A DNA stretch of 64,000 nucleotides from Anolis carolinensis (Eukaryota), in assembly GCF_035594765.1 (NCBI RefSeq), contig NW_026943821.1, positions 17,825,608 through 17,889,607 of the forward strand. Reading direction: 5' to 3'. Of this stretch, positions 63,998 to 64,000 are shown in pieces (position 1 is the first letter of the stretch; each line of letters begins with the position of its first letter). Below the pieces are notes generated by a model that saw nothing but the letters and a program-made list of their open reading frames with translations, was not told where the DNA came from and searched no databases. The translations under genes and the position numbers were made by a program.

Positions 63998-64000
63998 GAT

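Overview
Vertebrate genomic DNA, most likely a squamate (Anolis-like lizard), judged from its repeat set: Sauria SINEs, Penelope, R4/Dong, CR1, RTE/BovB, hAT, Tc1-mariner and Helitron elements. Genes: the 5' part of HNRNPR (- strand; four coding exons visible, ATG exon probably hidden in the 243-N gap, CpG-island exon 1 at about 11.9 kb); complete ATP5IF1 (-, 3 exons, 108 aa); complete DNAJC8 (+, 9 exons, 250 aa, HPD motif), head-to-head with ATP5IF1; single-coding-exon PTAFR (+, 356 aa); and a CpG-island first exon at about 61.4-61.6 kb, probably EYA3 by synteny only. Most other ORFs in the track are spurious or transposon remnants. I see no new multi-gene system. The most interesting signals are: a Penelope 97-bp fold-back carrying an intact minimal hammerhead ribozyme, R4/Dong copies that share a deletion of the catalytic PD motif, composite Helitron and hAT elements carrying other transposons, a solo LTR with an ORF ending in an HMGN-like RRSARIAAK motif, an AT-rich element beside three CpG-island promoters, a probable second extracellular disulfide in PTAFR, and a recursive-splice-like AG|GT site in HNRNPR intron 1.
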